DNA of 64,000 nucleotides from Alphaproteobacteria bacterium (GCA_964291265.2 OZ219747.1:1952001-2016000), one strand, 5' to 3'. Positions 9,531 to 18,825 are shown, counted from the stretch's first letter. Notes: generated by a model from the letters alone, not told the origin. Numbers and translations: made by a program.

Positions 9531-9595
9531 GAAACACGACCCTGACAAAGCGCGGCAAATCGCCGAAATCCCGCCGTTCTATGCAGCCATCAACA

Positions 9596-10122
9596 GCGCC
9601 GCGGCTTCGACAGCGCAGCGCGCCAGGTCCTGCTCGGCGACGGTGCGCCATGGATAGGGAACTTCGCCAACGAGCACTTCCCCGACGCTGTCCAGATCGT
9701 CGACATCTTCCACGCCAAGGGCCATCTGTTCGATGTCGCCAAGGCGATCTACAACACACAGCAGCGAGATCGGCGAACGATGGGCCAGAAAGCGGCGCGA
9801 GGAGCTTGATGAGGGCCGCGTCGACGACGTGATCGCCGCCCTGCTGAGCCATGCCGCAAGCTGCGAGGAAGCCCGCAAGAACGCCGAGTACTTCGCCACC
9901 AACCGGGAGCGAATGAACTATCCGAGGTTCAGGGCGATGGGCCTGTGCGCTGCCTCCGGCGTGGTCGAGGGAGGCTGCAAGAACATCGTCGGCACCCGCC
10001 TCAAGCAAGGCGGCATGCACTGGACCGTCGACGGCGCCAACGCCATCATCGCCCTGCGCTGCGCCGTCGAAAGCAACCGCTTCGACGACTTCTGGGAACG
10101 GCGCGCCAGCGCAAGAGCATGA
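9596..10122 (+). pseudogene. ISKra4 transposase, C-terminal part (frameshift near 9755)
   Basis: LLGDGAPWI, QIVDIFHAKGHL, then in another frame RMNYPRFRAMG...SGVVEGGCK...RLKQGGMHW. Confidence 0.85.
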
Positions 10123-10286
10123 ATCTCACAAATCAGACGTACACCCGAGGTCAGGATGTCTGAACTTCGGTTCTTGGTTCCAATCGATCCAGAAAGACCA
10201 GAGCGTCTTTACGCTGACTGGCATCCTACCCATGCGCCGGTCAACAGGATGTAGGCGCCGTCAAGATTCTGCTGCGTCGCGCATAG

Positions 10287-11372
10287 TCACTCGCGCTCGG
10301 CCAGCAACGCCAAGAGCGGCGGGTTGATGTAGAGGTTCTCGCGCCCTGCCTTGATCTCCTCAAGGAGGCCTTCGGCCGCAAGGGCTTTCAGGTAGACGGC
10401 GGCCGTCTGGCGCTTGGCGATATCCGCTTTGACCATGTCGCTGATCCGGCAGCAGGGATGCACGAAGATGAGCTCCGCCAACTCCCGGGAGTAGATTTTC
10501 GGCATCCTCTGCCGAATGGCAGCGCCCGTCTCGTCGAGAAGCTCCCGGATCGCACTGATCTTCGCCGTCGTCCATTCCGCCGTCGTTCTGACGGTCTCAA
10601 GAATGAAGAGTATCCAAGCTTCCCAGTCCTGTCGGGTCGTCACCTCCAGAAGATGCCGGTAGTACAGCGCCTTGTTTCGGATGATGTGCCGGCTGAGATA
10701 AAGGACGGGAACGTCGAGCAGGCCCTTGTCGACGAGATAGAGCAGGTTCAGCACTCGTCCGGTCCGGCCGTTTCCGTCAACGAATGGATGGATCGCCTCG
10801 AACTGATAATGCATGACCGCAAGCCGGATCAGCGGGTCGATCTCCTCGGCCTCGTGAATGTAGCGCTCCCAATTGGCGAGCTTGCTCCGGAGAACGTTCT
10901 CTCCCTCCGGCGGAGTGTAGATGACTTTCCGGGTTGCATCGTTCATCAGCGCCGTTCCCGGCGTGTTGCGAATGTCCAGCTCCACTCCCTTGATCGTTCG
11001 ACAGACTTCGACCGCGATGGCGGTCGAAACCGGCCGTTGGTTCAGCATCTCGAATCCGCGGTGCAAGGCGGTGCGGTAGCGCAGTGCCTCTTTGGTGGCT
11101 GGGTCGGCCCGACCCGTAGCGTCGTTGGCATAGCGGAACAGCCGGTCGGCCGTCGTGATGATGTTCTCGATCTCGGAACTCGCCTGCGCTTCGAGCAGGG
11201 GGATCGAGTTAATCAGCATCGCCTGGTTCGGGATGAGCCGCTCGGAAACCCGGAGCTCCGCTAGTGCCGCGCGCGCGGCGATGCAGCTCCGAAGAATGGC
11301 CTTGGTCTCGGTTTCCGAAGCCGGCGGCAGGTTCGGAAGGTCATTGAAAGGACGCTTGGGATCGAACGTCAT
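10287..11372 (-). CDS. fic: Protein adenylyltransferase Fic, class II (SoFic-type: Fic_N, Fic, C-terminal HTH)
   Basis: HPFVDGNGRTGR active-site motif; inhibitory SSEIEN motif; C-terminal KRQTAAVYL HTH. Confidence 0.93.
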   Translation of the reverse strand: MTFDPKRPFNDLPNLPPASETETKAILRSCIAARAALAELRVSERLIPNQAMLINSIPLLEAQASSEIENIITTADRLFRYANDATGRADPATKEALRYRTALHRGFEMLNQRPVSTAIAVEVCRTIKGVELDIRNTPGTALMNDATRKVIYTPPEGENVLRSKLANWERYIHEAEEIDPLIRLAVMHYQFEAIHPFVDGNGRTGRVLNLLYLVDKGLLDVPVLYLSRHIIRNKALYYRHLLEVTTRQDWEAWILFILETVRTTAEWTTAKISAIRELLDETGAAIRQRMPKIYSRELAELIFVHPCCRISDMVKADIAKRQTAAVYLKALAAEGLLEEIKAGRENLYINPPLLALLAERE

Positions 11373-11472
11373 GTCGATGTATCCTGCTCCCGTCGACACG
11401 TGTTCCGGACATGTCGATCTCATCGACACCTCACTCAAACATGTCGATGAAGAGAGTGTATATCGACATGTT
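11370..11472. promoter_or_regulatory. Array of three TGTCGAY inverted-repeat pairs upstream of fic
   Basis: ATGTCGAT-N13-GTCGACAC (11371-11399), ATGTCGAT-N3-ATCGACAC (11411-11429), perfect AACATGTCGAT-N13-ATCGACATGTT (11438-11472). Confidence 0.7.
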
Positions 11473-11829
11473 GCGCTGCAGCAAGCACAAGGGCCGACAA
11501 TGTCGCCCACTGTCCATCGGGCGCTCCAAGCTCTCTACTGCGGGCGGAAGATGCCGCCGAGACCTTGGCGCTGACGCGGCCGATCGATGAGCGGTTCCTG
11601 AAATCCTTGCTGCATCGCGCCCACCCGATGGCGCTTCGCCTGCGCCGGCGGGTGTGATTCCGGCGTTGCCCCCTATGTCAGTGCCTCGATGAGGGCGTCG
11701 AGGGTCCGGTTGGGACGCTCCGCCATCATCATGTGACCTTAACCCCTCGAGGACGATCAAGCGGCCGTGGGGGAGGGCATCGAGGAAGGACCGGGTATGG
11801 CGCGGCGGTGTCATCATGTCGCGGTCGAC

Positions 11830-12010
11830 CCAACACCCCACCCTCATCACCGCCCTGATGACCGCCGATGCCAGCATCGAGCCGAACCACGAAAGCGGCA
11901 TCCTCGGCCTGGCCAACAACGCAACGACAAAGGCACATGCTGGCGCTGATCGAAGAACTCGACCAGACCAGGACCGTCCATCCGGGAACAAGCCTCCGCC
12001 TTACGACATC
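11830..12010 (+). pseudogene. C-terminal remnant of a putative transposase
   Basis: LITALMTADASIEP...GLANNAT and, frameshifted, LIEELDQTRTVHPGTSLRL; resembles the L.ELN.T.TV.PGT.LRL.Y tail of a putative transposase family. Confidence 0.5.
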
Positions 12011-12278
12011 GACGGCGCAACACTCCACAATCGCCTCACTTGACGTCGGACGAGGCCAGGATGTCTGAACTTCTTCAGTGGCAATCCACGATCCCGACGT
12101 CGCATGGCCCGTCGTCCGGCACGACTCACCGTGGCGCATTGATTCGGACACCGTGCCGAACGGCGGTGCGGGCCGGGCCCATGACGCTGACGGCGAAAAC
12201 GACTTCGCGCATGGGGTGGCCTTGACGTCAACCCTGCTGAATCGCAGGTGAATGGGGATCCAGGGCGTCGAAGGTCGG

Positions 12279-13415
12279 CTACCAGGTGCGGCCGCGGGCC
12301 TCGATGGGCCAGATGTCGACGAGGCGATCGCCGCGGACGCAGTGATAGACGTCGTGGAGATTGACCGTGGGATCGCAGTGGGGTGTAACGCATGTGACGA
12401 TGTCGCCGACGGCGGGCCCCTTGGCTCCCGGCCTGACGACGATCCTGCCATGCTCGTCGCCCATGAATTCGTAGAGCGAGCCTTCCGGGGCGCCGCCGAT
12501 GACCCTCGGTACCGGTCCGTCCGTGGCGAAGGCCTTGATCCCCGCATCGATGGTGGCGGCGCCCGCCACGTTGGCCGAGATCACCGTCGACTGCACGAAG
12601 AGGGCGGTCCGAAAGGGGCCGGCGGTGCCGTCCCGGCGCATCACGGCACTGTACTCCACGTCCATGAAGATCGCCGAGCCCACCTGGATGTCGGTAAAGA
12701 CACCGCATCCGGAATCGTGGTCATAGGTCCCTGTGCCGCCGCCGGTGACGATCCCGGGAGAACCGGTGACCTGCGCCATGGCGCGCCGTGCTTCCTCGAC
12801 ATGGGCAGCCACCTCGGCGGCCTTCCTCTCGCGCAAGGTGCAGTCGGCAATGTGCTGGATGTCGCCGGCGTAGCACTGCAAACCGGCAAGGACGAGCGAG
12901 GGTCGGCGGACGATCTCCCGTGCCAGGATGACGGCATCCGCAATCGAGGAGACACCGGTACGGTTGGTGCCGATGCCGAGATCGACGAGGACCTTCACGG
13001 GTCTCCTGCGCCCGGCTGCAAGGGACGCGAGGCGATCGGCGACCGTGGTGTTGTCGACCACGAGGATCAGCTCCTCTGCCGCGTCGTGGAGCGTCAGGAC
13101 CCGTTCAAGCTTGTCGGCGGTGACGATCGGCGAGGTGATGAGGATGCGGTCGATGCCCTCACGGACGAGGGCGTCGGCCTCACCGAGCTTGGCGACGCAG
13201 ATTCCCGTCGCTCCGGCATCGAGCTGGCGCCTTGCGATCTCCGCGCACTTGTGGGTCTTGGCGTGGGGCCGCCAGCCGGCCTGCGTCCGGCTGAAGTTGT
13301 CTTCCAAGGTCCTGATGTTGTGTTCAAGGGCATCGAGATCCAGCACCAGGGCCGGGGTCGCCAGTCGCCACCTGTTCTCTCCCGTCAGATGATGGTTGAT
13401 GGAAGGGCCGGTCAT
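12279..13415 (-). CDS. DSD1-family fold-III PLP enzyme (D-threonine aldolase / 3-hydroxy-D-aspartate aldolase-like)
   Basis: TPALVLDLD, RPHAKTHK (PLP Lys), GGGTGTY, DEHG, PHCDPTVNLHD; AGGAG RBS. Confidence 0.9.
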   Translation of the reverse strand: MTGPSINHHLTGENRWRLATPALVLDLDALEHNIRTLEDNFSRTQAGWRPHAKTHKCAEIARRQLDAGATGICVAKLGEADALVREGIDRILITSPIVTADKLERVLTLHDAAEELILVVDNTTVADRLASLAAGRRRPVKVLVDLGIGTNRTGVSSIADAVILAREIVRRPSLVLAGLQCYAGDIQHIADCTLRERKAAEVAAHVEEARRAMAQVTGSPGIVTGGGTGTYDHDSGCGVFTDIQVGSAIFMDVEYSAVMRRDGTAGPFRTALFVQSTVISANVAGAATIDAGIKAFATDGPVPRVIGGAPEGSLYEFMGDEHGRIVVRPGAKGPAVGDIVTCVTPHCDPTVNLHDVYHCVRGDRLVDIWPIEARGRTW

Positions 13416-13599
13416 GACGGTCTCCTGGCTCGGACGGTGGATGGTGGCCGTGAACTCTTTCCACGGCAAGGTGTGAACGGTCATTGCATCATCCGGCGAG
13501 AGGACGATACTTGGAGTCGCCATTGACGGAGCTGCGCGTGGAACGCGTCCTGCTTCAGGATCAGGCCGGTGGTGTCCTTGCCCGGGGGTGCGGCGCCGC

Positions 13600-15129
13600 A
13601 TGACCCGGCGACGCGGTCGGGACCGCCGCAGGGGGGAGCGCCTTCAGGCGCCGGTTGCCGCGGTGTCGCCCGGTTGTCCGGGCGGTTGCTACAGACCGCT
13701 CTCCGACGGTGATGTGGCGGCGATCCATCGGTGCGTCATGCGCCTGATGGAGGAAGTCGGGTTTTCGGGCGCCATTCCCCCGATGGTCGAGCGCGTCACC
13801 CAGCGGGGCGGCAGGATCTGCGGCAACGGACGGCTCCACATTCCCGCATCCCTCGTCGAGGAGGTGCTGTGTCGCAGCCGGCGCTCCTTCGTGGCCTGGG
13901 GGCAGACCCGCGAACATGACCTCGACATTGCCGACGGACGGGTTCATTTCGGATCCGGGGGCGCCTCGCCCAACATCGTCGATCTGGAGACGGGGCGCTA
14001 CCGGAGCGCCACGGTGCGGGACCTCTACGACGTCGCCCGCATCGTCGATACCCTCGACAACATCCACTTCTACGACCGCTCGCTCGTGGCCTGCGACATC
14101 GAGGACTCTCTCTGCTTCGACATCAACACGGCCTACGCCATCCTCGCCGGCACCGCCAAGCATGTCGGAACCAGCATCACCGAAGCCCGCAATGTCGAGG
14201 CCGTGGTCGGGTTGTTCGATGCCGTTGCCGGCGGTCAGGGCCGGTATCGTCAACGACCCTTTGCCATGCTGTTGTCGTGCCACGTGGTTCCGCCCCTTCG
14301 TTTTGCCGAGGAGCCCTTGTGGGTACTCGAAAGGGCCATTCCCCTCGGCGTGCCGGTGATGCTGGTTTCCGCGGGACAGGCCGGCGCCACGGCGCCGGCG
14401 ACTCTGGCAGGGGCGGTGGCCCAGGCGGTTGCCGAGGCACTTGCCGGACTGGTCTACTGCCACCTCATCGATCCCGACTGCGTGGCCATCATCGGGCCCA
14501 AGCCCCTGGTCTCGGACCTGCGCACCGGAGCCATGTGCGGTGGCAGCGGGGAACAGGCGGTCGCCGCCGCCGCCGCAACCCAGATGGCGCGTCACTATGG
14601 CCTGCCGTGCAGCGTCATGGCTGGCATCACGGATTCCAAGGTTCCCGATGCCCAGTCCGGCTACGAGAAGGCCTGTGCCGTCACGCTGGCCGCCCAGGCG
14701 GGCTGTTCGATGATCACCCAGAGCTGCGGCATGCACGCGAGCCTGCTCGGCGCCGCACCGGAAAGCTACATCATCGACAATGACATGCTCGGCGCCATCA
14801 TGCGGACGGTCCGCGGCATCGAGGTCAACGACGACACGCTGTCGGTCGATACCGTGAACGAGGTGGTGACCGGAGAAGGCCACTACCTGGGTCACGCGCA
14901 GACTCTCGGCGCCATGACCCGGGACTACCTCTACCCCCGGCTGGCGGACCGGCAACCGCCCGGCGCATGGGAGGAAGCCGGCGCACTCGACATCCGGGAG
15001 AGGGCACGCCGGGAAGCCCGGCGGATCCTCCGGGATCACCGGACGGGTCACCTTTCCCGGGCGCTCGACCGACGGCTGCGCGAGCACTTTCCCATTCACC
15101 TGCCGCCGGAGGTCATGCATCCGCCATGA
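13600..15129 (+). CDS. Trimethylamine methyltransferase (MttB) superfamily protein, non-pyrrolysine
   Basis: GATAPATLAGA, SDLRTGAM, YGLPCSVMAGITDSKVPDAQSGYEK, IIDNDM. Confidence 0.92.
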   Translation: MTRRRGRDRRRGERLQAPVAAVSPGCPGGCYRPLSDGDVAAIHRCVMRLMEEVGFSGAIPPMVERVTQRGGRICGNGRLHIPASLVEEVLCRSRRSFVAWGQTREHDLDIADGRVHFGSGGASPNIVDLETGRYRSATVRDLYDVARIVDTLDNIHFYDRSLVACDIEDSLCFDINTAYAILAGTAKHVGTSITEARNVEAVVGLFDAVAGGQGRYRQRPFAMLLSCHVVPPLRFAEEPLWVLERAIPLGVPVMLVSAGQAGATAPATLAGAVAQAVAEALAGLVYCHLIDPDCVAIIGPKPLVSDLRTGAMCGGSGEQAVAAAAATQMARHYGLPCSVMAGITDSKVPDAQSGYEKACAVTLAAQAGCSMITQSCGMHASLLGAAPESYIIDNDMLGAIMRTVRGIEVNDDTLSVDTVNEVVTGEGHYLGHAQTLGAMTRDYLYPRLADRQPPGAWEEAGALDIRERARREARRILRDHRTGHLSRALDRRLREHFPIHLPPEVMHPP

Positions 15130-17063
15130 TGCTGCCTCATCTGTTTTCACCCGCCGCGATCGCAGGCAGGGAGATCCGCAACCGGATCGTCTTCACCGGT
15201 CATCACACCCATCTTGCCGACGGGCCGGTGAGCGATGACCTGGTGGCATACCACGAGGCACGGGCAGCCGGCGGCGCCGGTCTCATCGTCGTCGAGATCG
15301 CCACCATTCACGATACCGGGGTCTTTGCCGCCCATTGCCTCGATGCCCGCTCGGCGGACTGCATTCCGGGATACCGCCGCCTCGCCGGTGCGGTGCAGCG
15401 GCACGGCGTGCGGCTCTTCGGCCAGCTGTTCCATCCGGGCCGGGAAATCCAGGTCCGCACCGATGGCCTCATGGCCACTGCCGTGGCTCCCAGTCCGGTG
15501 GCCAGCGAGCGCTTTCATGTCATGCCACGGGCCATGTCCGGCGCTCTCATCGAGGAGGTCATAGAGGGGTTTGCCCGGGGAGCCGGATATCTTGCCGAGG
15601 CCGGCCTCGACGGTGTGGAACTGGTCGCCAGCCATGGCTACCTGCCGGCGCAGTTCCTCAACCCCCGGCTCAATCTCCGGGATGATGCATGGGGCGGTTC
15701 CTTCCAAAGGCGCCTTCGCTTCGTCGAGGAAACGCTGTCCGCAATGCGGGCTGCGATCGGCGATGCGGCACTCGGCATGCGGATTTCCGGCGACGAACTC
15801 GACCGGGCCGAGGGCCTCACGGCCGATGATGTCGAAGCCATCGCAGGGGCCCTGGCGCACCGCCTCGACTACATCAGCGTTGTTGCCGGCATGTCGTCGA
15901 GTCTCGGCGCGTCGATCCACATCGCCGCCCCCATGGGCATTCCGGCGGGATACATCGCTCCCCTTGCCAGGCGGGTGAGGAAGGCTTCCGGGTTGCCGGT
16001 GATCGCCACCGGACGCATCAATCAGCCGCAAGTCGCCGAGAGCATCCTGGCGTCGGGCGATGCGGATCTCTGTGGCATGACCAGGGCGATGATCTCGGAT
16101 CCCGCCATGGCGCTGAAGGCGCGTGAGCAGCGCTTCGACGATATCCGGGCCTGCATTGCCTGCAACCAGGCCTGCATCGGGCATTCGCACAAGGGCGTTG
16201 CCATCTCCTGCATCCAGAACCCCGCCTCCGGGCGCGAACGCCGTTACGGCACGGTCCTGCCATCCTCCGTCACTCGCTCCGTGATGGTGGCCGGCGCAGG
16301 TCCGGCCGGGCTCAAGGCGGCGGCGGTTGCCGCTGCGCGAGGCCACCGGGTCACGCTGCACGAGGCCGGAGACGTGCCGGGCGGACAGGCGCGGCATGCC
16401 TCCATGCTTCCGGGACGCCAGGAATTCGGCGGTCTGGTGCAGAATCTGGAACGCGAGGCGCGCAGCGCCGGCGCGGAAATCCGCACCGGATCGACGGTAT
16501 CTCCCCGCCTCGTCGAGGAATGCGAACCCGATGCTGTCATCGTGGCCACCGGCGCCCGGCCATGGATCCCGCCCATCGAGGGCGAAGCCCATGTCGTCGA
16601 GGCCATTGCACTGCTCGACGGGGCCAGCGTCGGTCATTCCGTCGTGATCGCCGACGGGCGCGCCGACTGGACCGGCCTCGGCCTGGCGGAGAGGCTGGCC
16701 GAGGCGGGCCACAGGGTGCGCCTCGCGGTCAACGGCGCCATGGCGGGAGAAATCCTCCAGCTCTATGTCCGCAACCACCATGTCGGACGGGTGCGCAAGC
16801 TGGGCGTCGACATCATCACCCATGCGCGTCTCTTCGGCGCCGACGATGACGTGGCCTACTTCCAGGACACGCTGACGGGAGAAGCGATCATCCTCGAGGA
16901 CATGGATTCCCTGGTGGTCTCTCAGGGCCATGTGCCGCACGACGATCTCGGTCTTGCTCTCGAGGCTACGGGCCGATCCTTCATGCGGGTCGGCGACTGC
17001 CTCGCCCCGAGAAGCGCCGAAGAAGCGGTTCTCGAAGGCCTCGAGGCCGCCTGGGGGCTGTGA
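15126..17063 (+). CDS. NADH:flavin oxidoreductase (FMN TIM barrel + Fe-S + FAD domain; DgcA/StcD-like)
   Basis: QLFHPGRE, ELVASHGYLPAQFL, RACIACNQACIG...SCIQNP, GAGPAG. Confidence 0.9.
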   Translation: MMLPHLFSPAAIAGREIRNRIVFTGHHTHLADGPVSDDLVAYHEARAAGGAGLIVVEIATIHDTGVFAAHCLDARSADCIPGYRRLAGAVQRHGVRLFGQLFHPGREIQVRTDGLMATAVAPSPVASERFHVMPRAMSGALIEEVIEGFARGAGYLAEAGLDGVELVASHGYLPAQFLNPRLNLRDDAWGGSFQRRLRFVEETLSAMRAAIGDAALGMRISGDELDRAEGLTADDVEAIAGALAHRLDYISVVAGMSSSLGASIHIAAPMGIPAGYIAPLARRVRKASGLPVIATGRINQPQVAESILASGDADLCGMTRAMISDPAMALKAREQRFDDIRACIACNQACIGHSHKGVAISCIQNPASGRERRYGTVLPSSVTRSVMVAGAGPAGLKAAAVAAARGHRVTLHEAGDVPGGQARHASMLPGRQEFGGLVQNLEREARSAGAEIRTGSTVSPRLVEECEPDAVIVATGARPWIPPIEGEAHVVEAIALLDGASVGHSVVIADGRADWTGLGLAERLAEAGHRVRLAVNGAMAGEILQLYVRNHHVGRVRKLGVDIITHARLFGADDDVAYFQDTLTGEAIILEDMDSLVVSQGHVPHDDLGLALEATGRSFMRVGDCLAPRSAEEAVLEGLEAAWGL

Positions 17064-18733
17064 TGCCGGAATCGTCGCGCATGGGTGCCGGTGAGGCCGT
17101 GGCGCACATTCTCGAACAGGCCGGTGTCAGCACGGTCTTCGGGGTCATCGGCGGTTCGATGCTCGAACTCCTCGATGCGCTCCACGATTCCCCCATGTCC
17201 TACATCGGCGCCCGCGACGAGCGTGCTGCCGGACACATGGCGGATGCTGCAGCACGCCTGTCCGGCGGGCCGGGCGTGGTGCTCGGCGCCCAGGCCGGCC
17301 CGGGTGTCGTCAACCTGGCGACGGCCCTTGCGGAGGCTCACCTCGCCTACTCTCCCGTGGTGGCCATCGCCGGCGCCATTCCGCGCAGCCAGTCAGGGCG
17401 CGACACCTTCCAGGAAATCGACCAGGAAGCGCTCCTGGCGCCGGTGACGAAGCGCTCGATCCGCGTGCCGCAAGCCGACAGGCTCTGCGAACTCCTCAAC
17501 GAGGCACTGCGTGTCGCCATGACCGGCAGGCGTGGTCCCGTCGTCCTCCACGTGCCGCGGGACATCTTCGCGTCATCGGTGCCCGCAAGTCTGCCGGGAC
17601 TTTCCGGGTCCATCACGGCAGGGGCGCCGGCGGGCCGGCACATCGAACAGGTGAGGGACCTGCTCGCCGTCTCCAGGCGCCCGGTGATCGTGGCCGGCGG
17701 TGGAGTGAAGTGGGCGAGGGGTTCGGCTGACCTCGACCGCCTTGCCCGCGCACTCGACGTTCCCGTCGTCGCCGCGACCGGCCACCACGACGTGCTGGCG
17801 ACGGACCACCCGCTGCTGGCCGGCCAGGCGGGCCCGCGCGGCAACCGACTTGCCTCCAGGCTCACACGCGAGGCCGATTTCATCCTGGCGCTGGGAACCC
17901 GTCTCGGATTCAATTCGACCTTTCACAGCGCCGACTACGTCAACCCGCACGCAGCCATCGTGCAGGTGGATATCGATGCCGCGGTGCCTGGCCGTCATTT
18001 CCCGGTGACACTGGGTCTTGTCGCCGATGCCGGTGAGGCGGCCCGTGCCTTCGTGACGGCTGTGCCGAAGGTCGTGCGCTGGCAGGCCTGGACAAGGGCC
18101 TTTCATGATGAACGGCGCCTCATCGAGGCCGAGCGAGAGAGCGAGGCCCGGTTGCCGAACGTGCCTCTCCCGCCGGTGAGAGTCCTGGGAGAGATACGCG
18201 AGTCGCTTCCCGCGAATGCGATCGTCACCCTCGATACGGGCGCCGTCTGCCTGCAGGCCGCCGACCGCCTGAAGTTCGGCCGTTGTCCGGGCCTCGTGAC
18301 ACCGCTGGATTTCGGCCTCGTCGGTTTCGCCTATGCCGCCGCGCTGGGAGCGCAGGCGGCATCACCCGGGTCCCCGGTGGTCGCCGTCATGGGGGATGGT
18401 GGATTCGGTCTTTCCATGATCGAGTTGACGACAGCCATGCAGCACGATCTTCCGGTCATCGCCATCGTTCTCGACAACCGCGCCTGGGGCGCCGAGAAGG
18501 CCTACCAGCGGGACTTCTTCGACGAACGCTACGTGGGAGCCGATCTCCTCAATCCACCCTTTGCCGACTATGCCCGTCTGCTTGGCGCCGGAGGCTGGCG
18601 CGTCAGCCGGCCAGGGGAGACGGCAAAGGCGCTCGCCAGCGCACTCGGCACCGGAAAACCGGCCGTCATCCATGTCGATGTCGATCCCGACGCCATCCAG
18701 AGCCTGAGGACAGACCTCTTCACGAAACGCTGA
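17060..18733 (+). CDS. ThDP-dependent enzyme (acetolactate synthase-like; resembles sulfoacetaldehyde acetyltransferase Xsc)
   Basis: RDERAAGHMAD, GPGVVN, GDGGFG...LDNRAWGAEK ThDP motif. Confidence 0.85.
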   Translation: MMPESSRMGAGEAVAHILEQAGVSTVFGVIGGSMLELLDALHDSPMSYIGARDERAAGHMADAAARLSGGPGVVLGAQAGPGVVNLATALAEAHLAYSPVVAIAGAIPRSQSGRDTFQEIDQEALLAPVTKRSIRVPQADRLCELLNEALRVAMTGRRGPVVLHVPRDIFASSVPASLPGLSGSITAGAPAGRHIEQVRDLLAVSRRPVIVAGGGVKWARGSADLDRLARALDVPVVAATGHHDVLATDHPLLAGQAGPRGNRLASRLTREADFILALGTRLGFNSTFHSADYVNPHAAIVQVDIDAAVPGRHFPVTLGLVADAGEAARAFVTAVPKVVRWQAWTRAFHDERRLIEAERESEARLPNVPLPPVRVLGEIRESLPANAIVTLDTGAVCLQAADRLKFGRCPGLVTPLDFGLVGFAYAAALGAQAASPGSPVVAVMGDGGFGLSMIELTTAMQHDLPVIAIVLDNRAWGAEKAYQRDFFDERYVGADLLNPPFADYARLLGAGGWRVSRPGETAKALASALGTGKPAVIHVDVDPDAIQSLRTDLFTKR

Positions 18734-18825
18734 TGACAAGGCTAAGCATTCTTGGTCAGCGGGACATCGTCAAGAATGGCACATCCGGTCAGGCTGCACG
18801 CCGCCGTCCGTGCCATGATCGGTCC

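Larger units (their letters stand above)
4276..9595 (-). mobile_element. IS21-family element (5320 bp) with passenger genes
   Basis: TG...CA termini; ~50-bp imperfect inverted repeats sharing TAGAACGGCGGGAT; 5-bp target duplication GCGCC (4271-4275, 9596-9600); removing it restores the ISKra4 transposase frame (EAQR|RGFD). Confidence 0.92.
2998..10146 (+). mobile_element. ISKra4-like insertion sequence, interrupted by the IS21-family element
   Basis: Ends GGGTGTACGTCGGGATTGTGAGATT and AATCTCACAAATCAGACGTACACCC are imperfect 25-bp inverted repeats; 9-bp direct repeat GAGGTCAGG at 2989-2997 and 10147-10155. Confidence 0.9.

Noticed and set aside
9436-11472. Short repeat clusters (9493-9530, 11370-11472) as CRISPR or mini-arrays
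   Set aside because: Repeats are 8-13 bp, tandem or inverted, with no unique 30-40-bp spacers and no cas genes
13600-15129. Pyrrolysine-containing trimethylamine methyltransferase
   Set aside because: No in-frame TAG; the equivalent region reads AGITDSK, and no pyl genes are present
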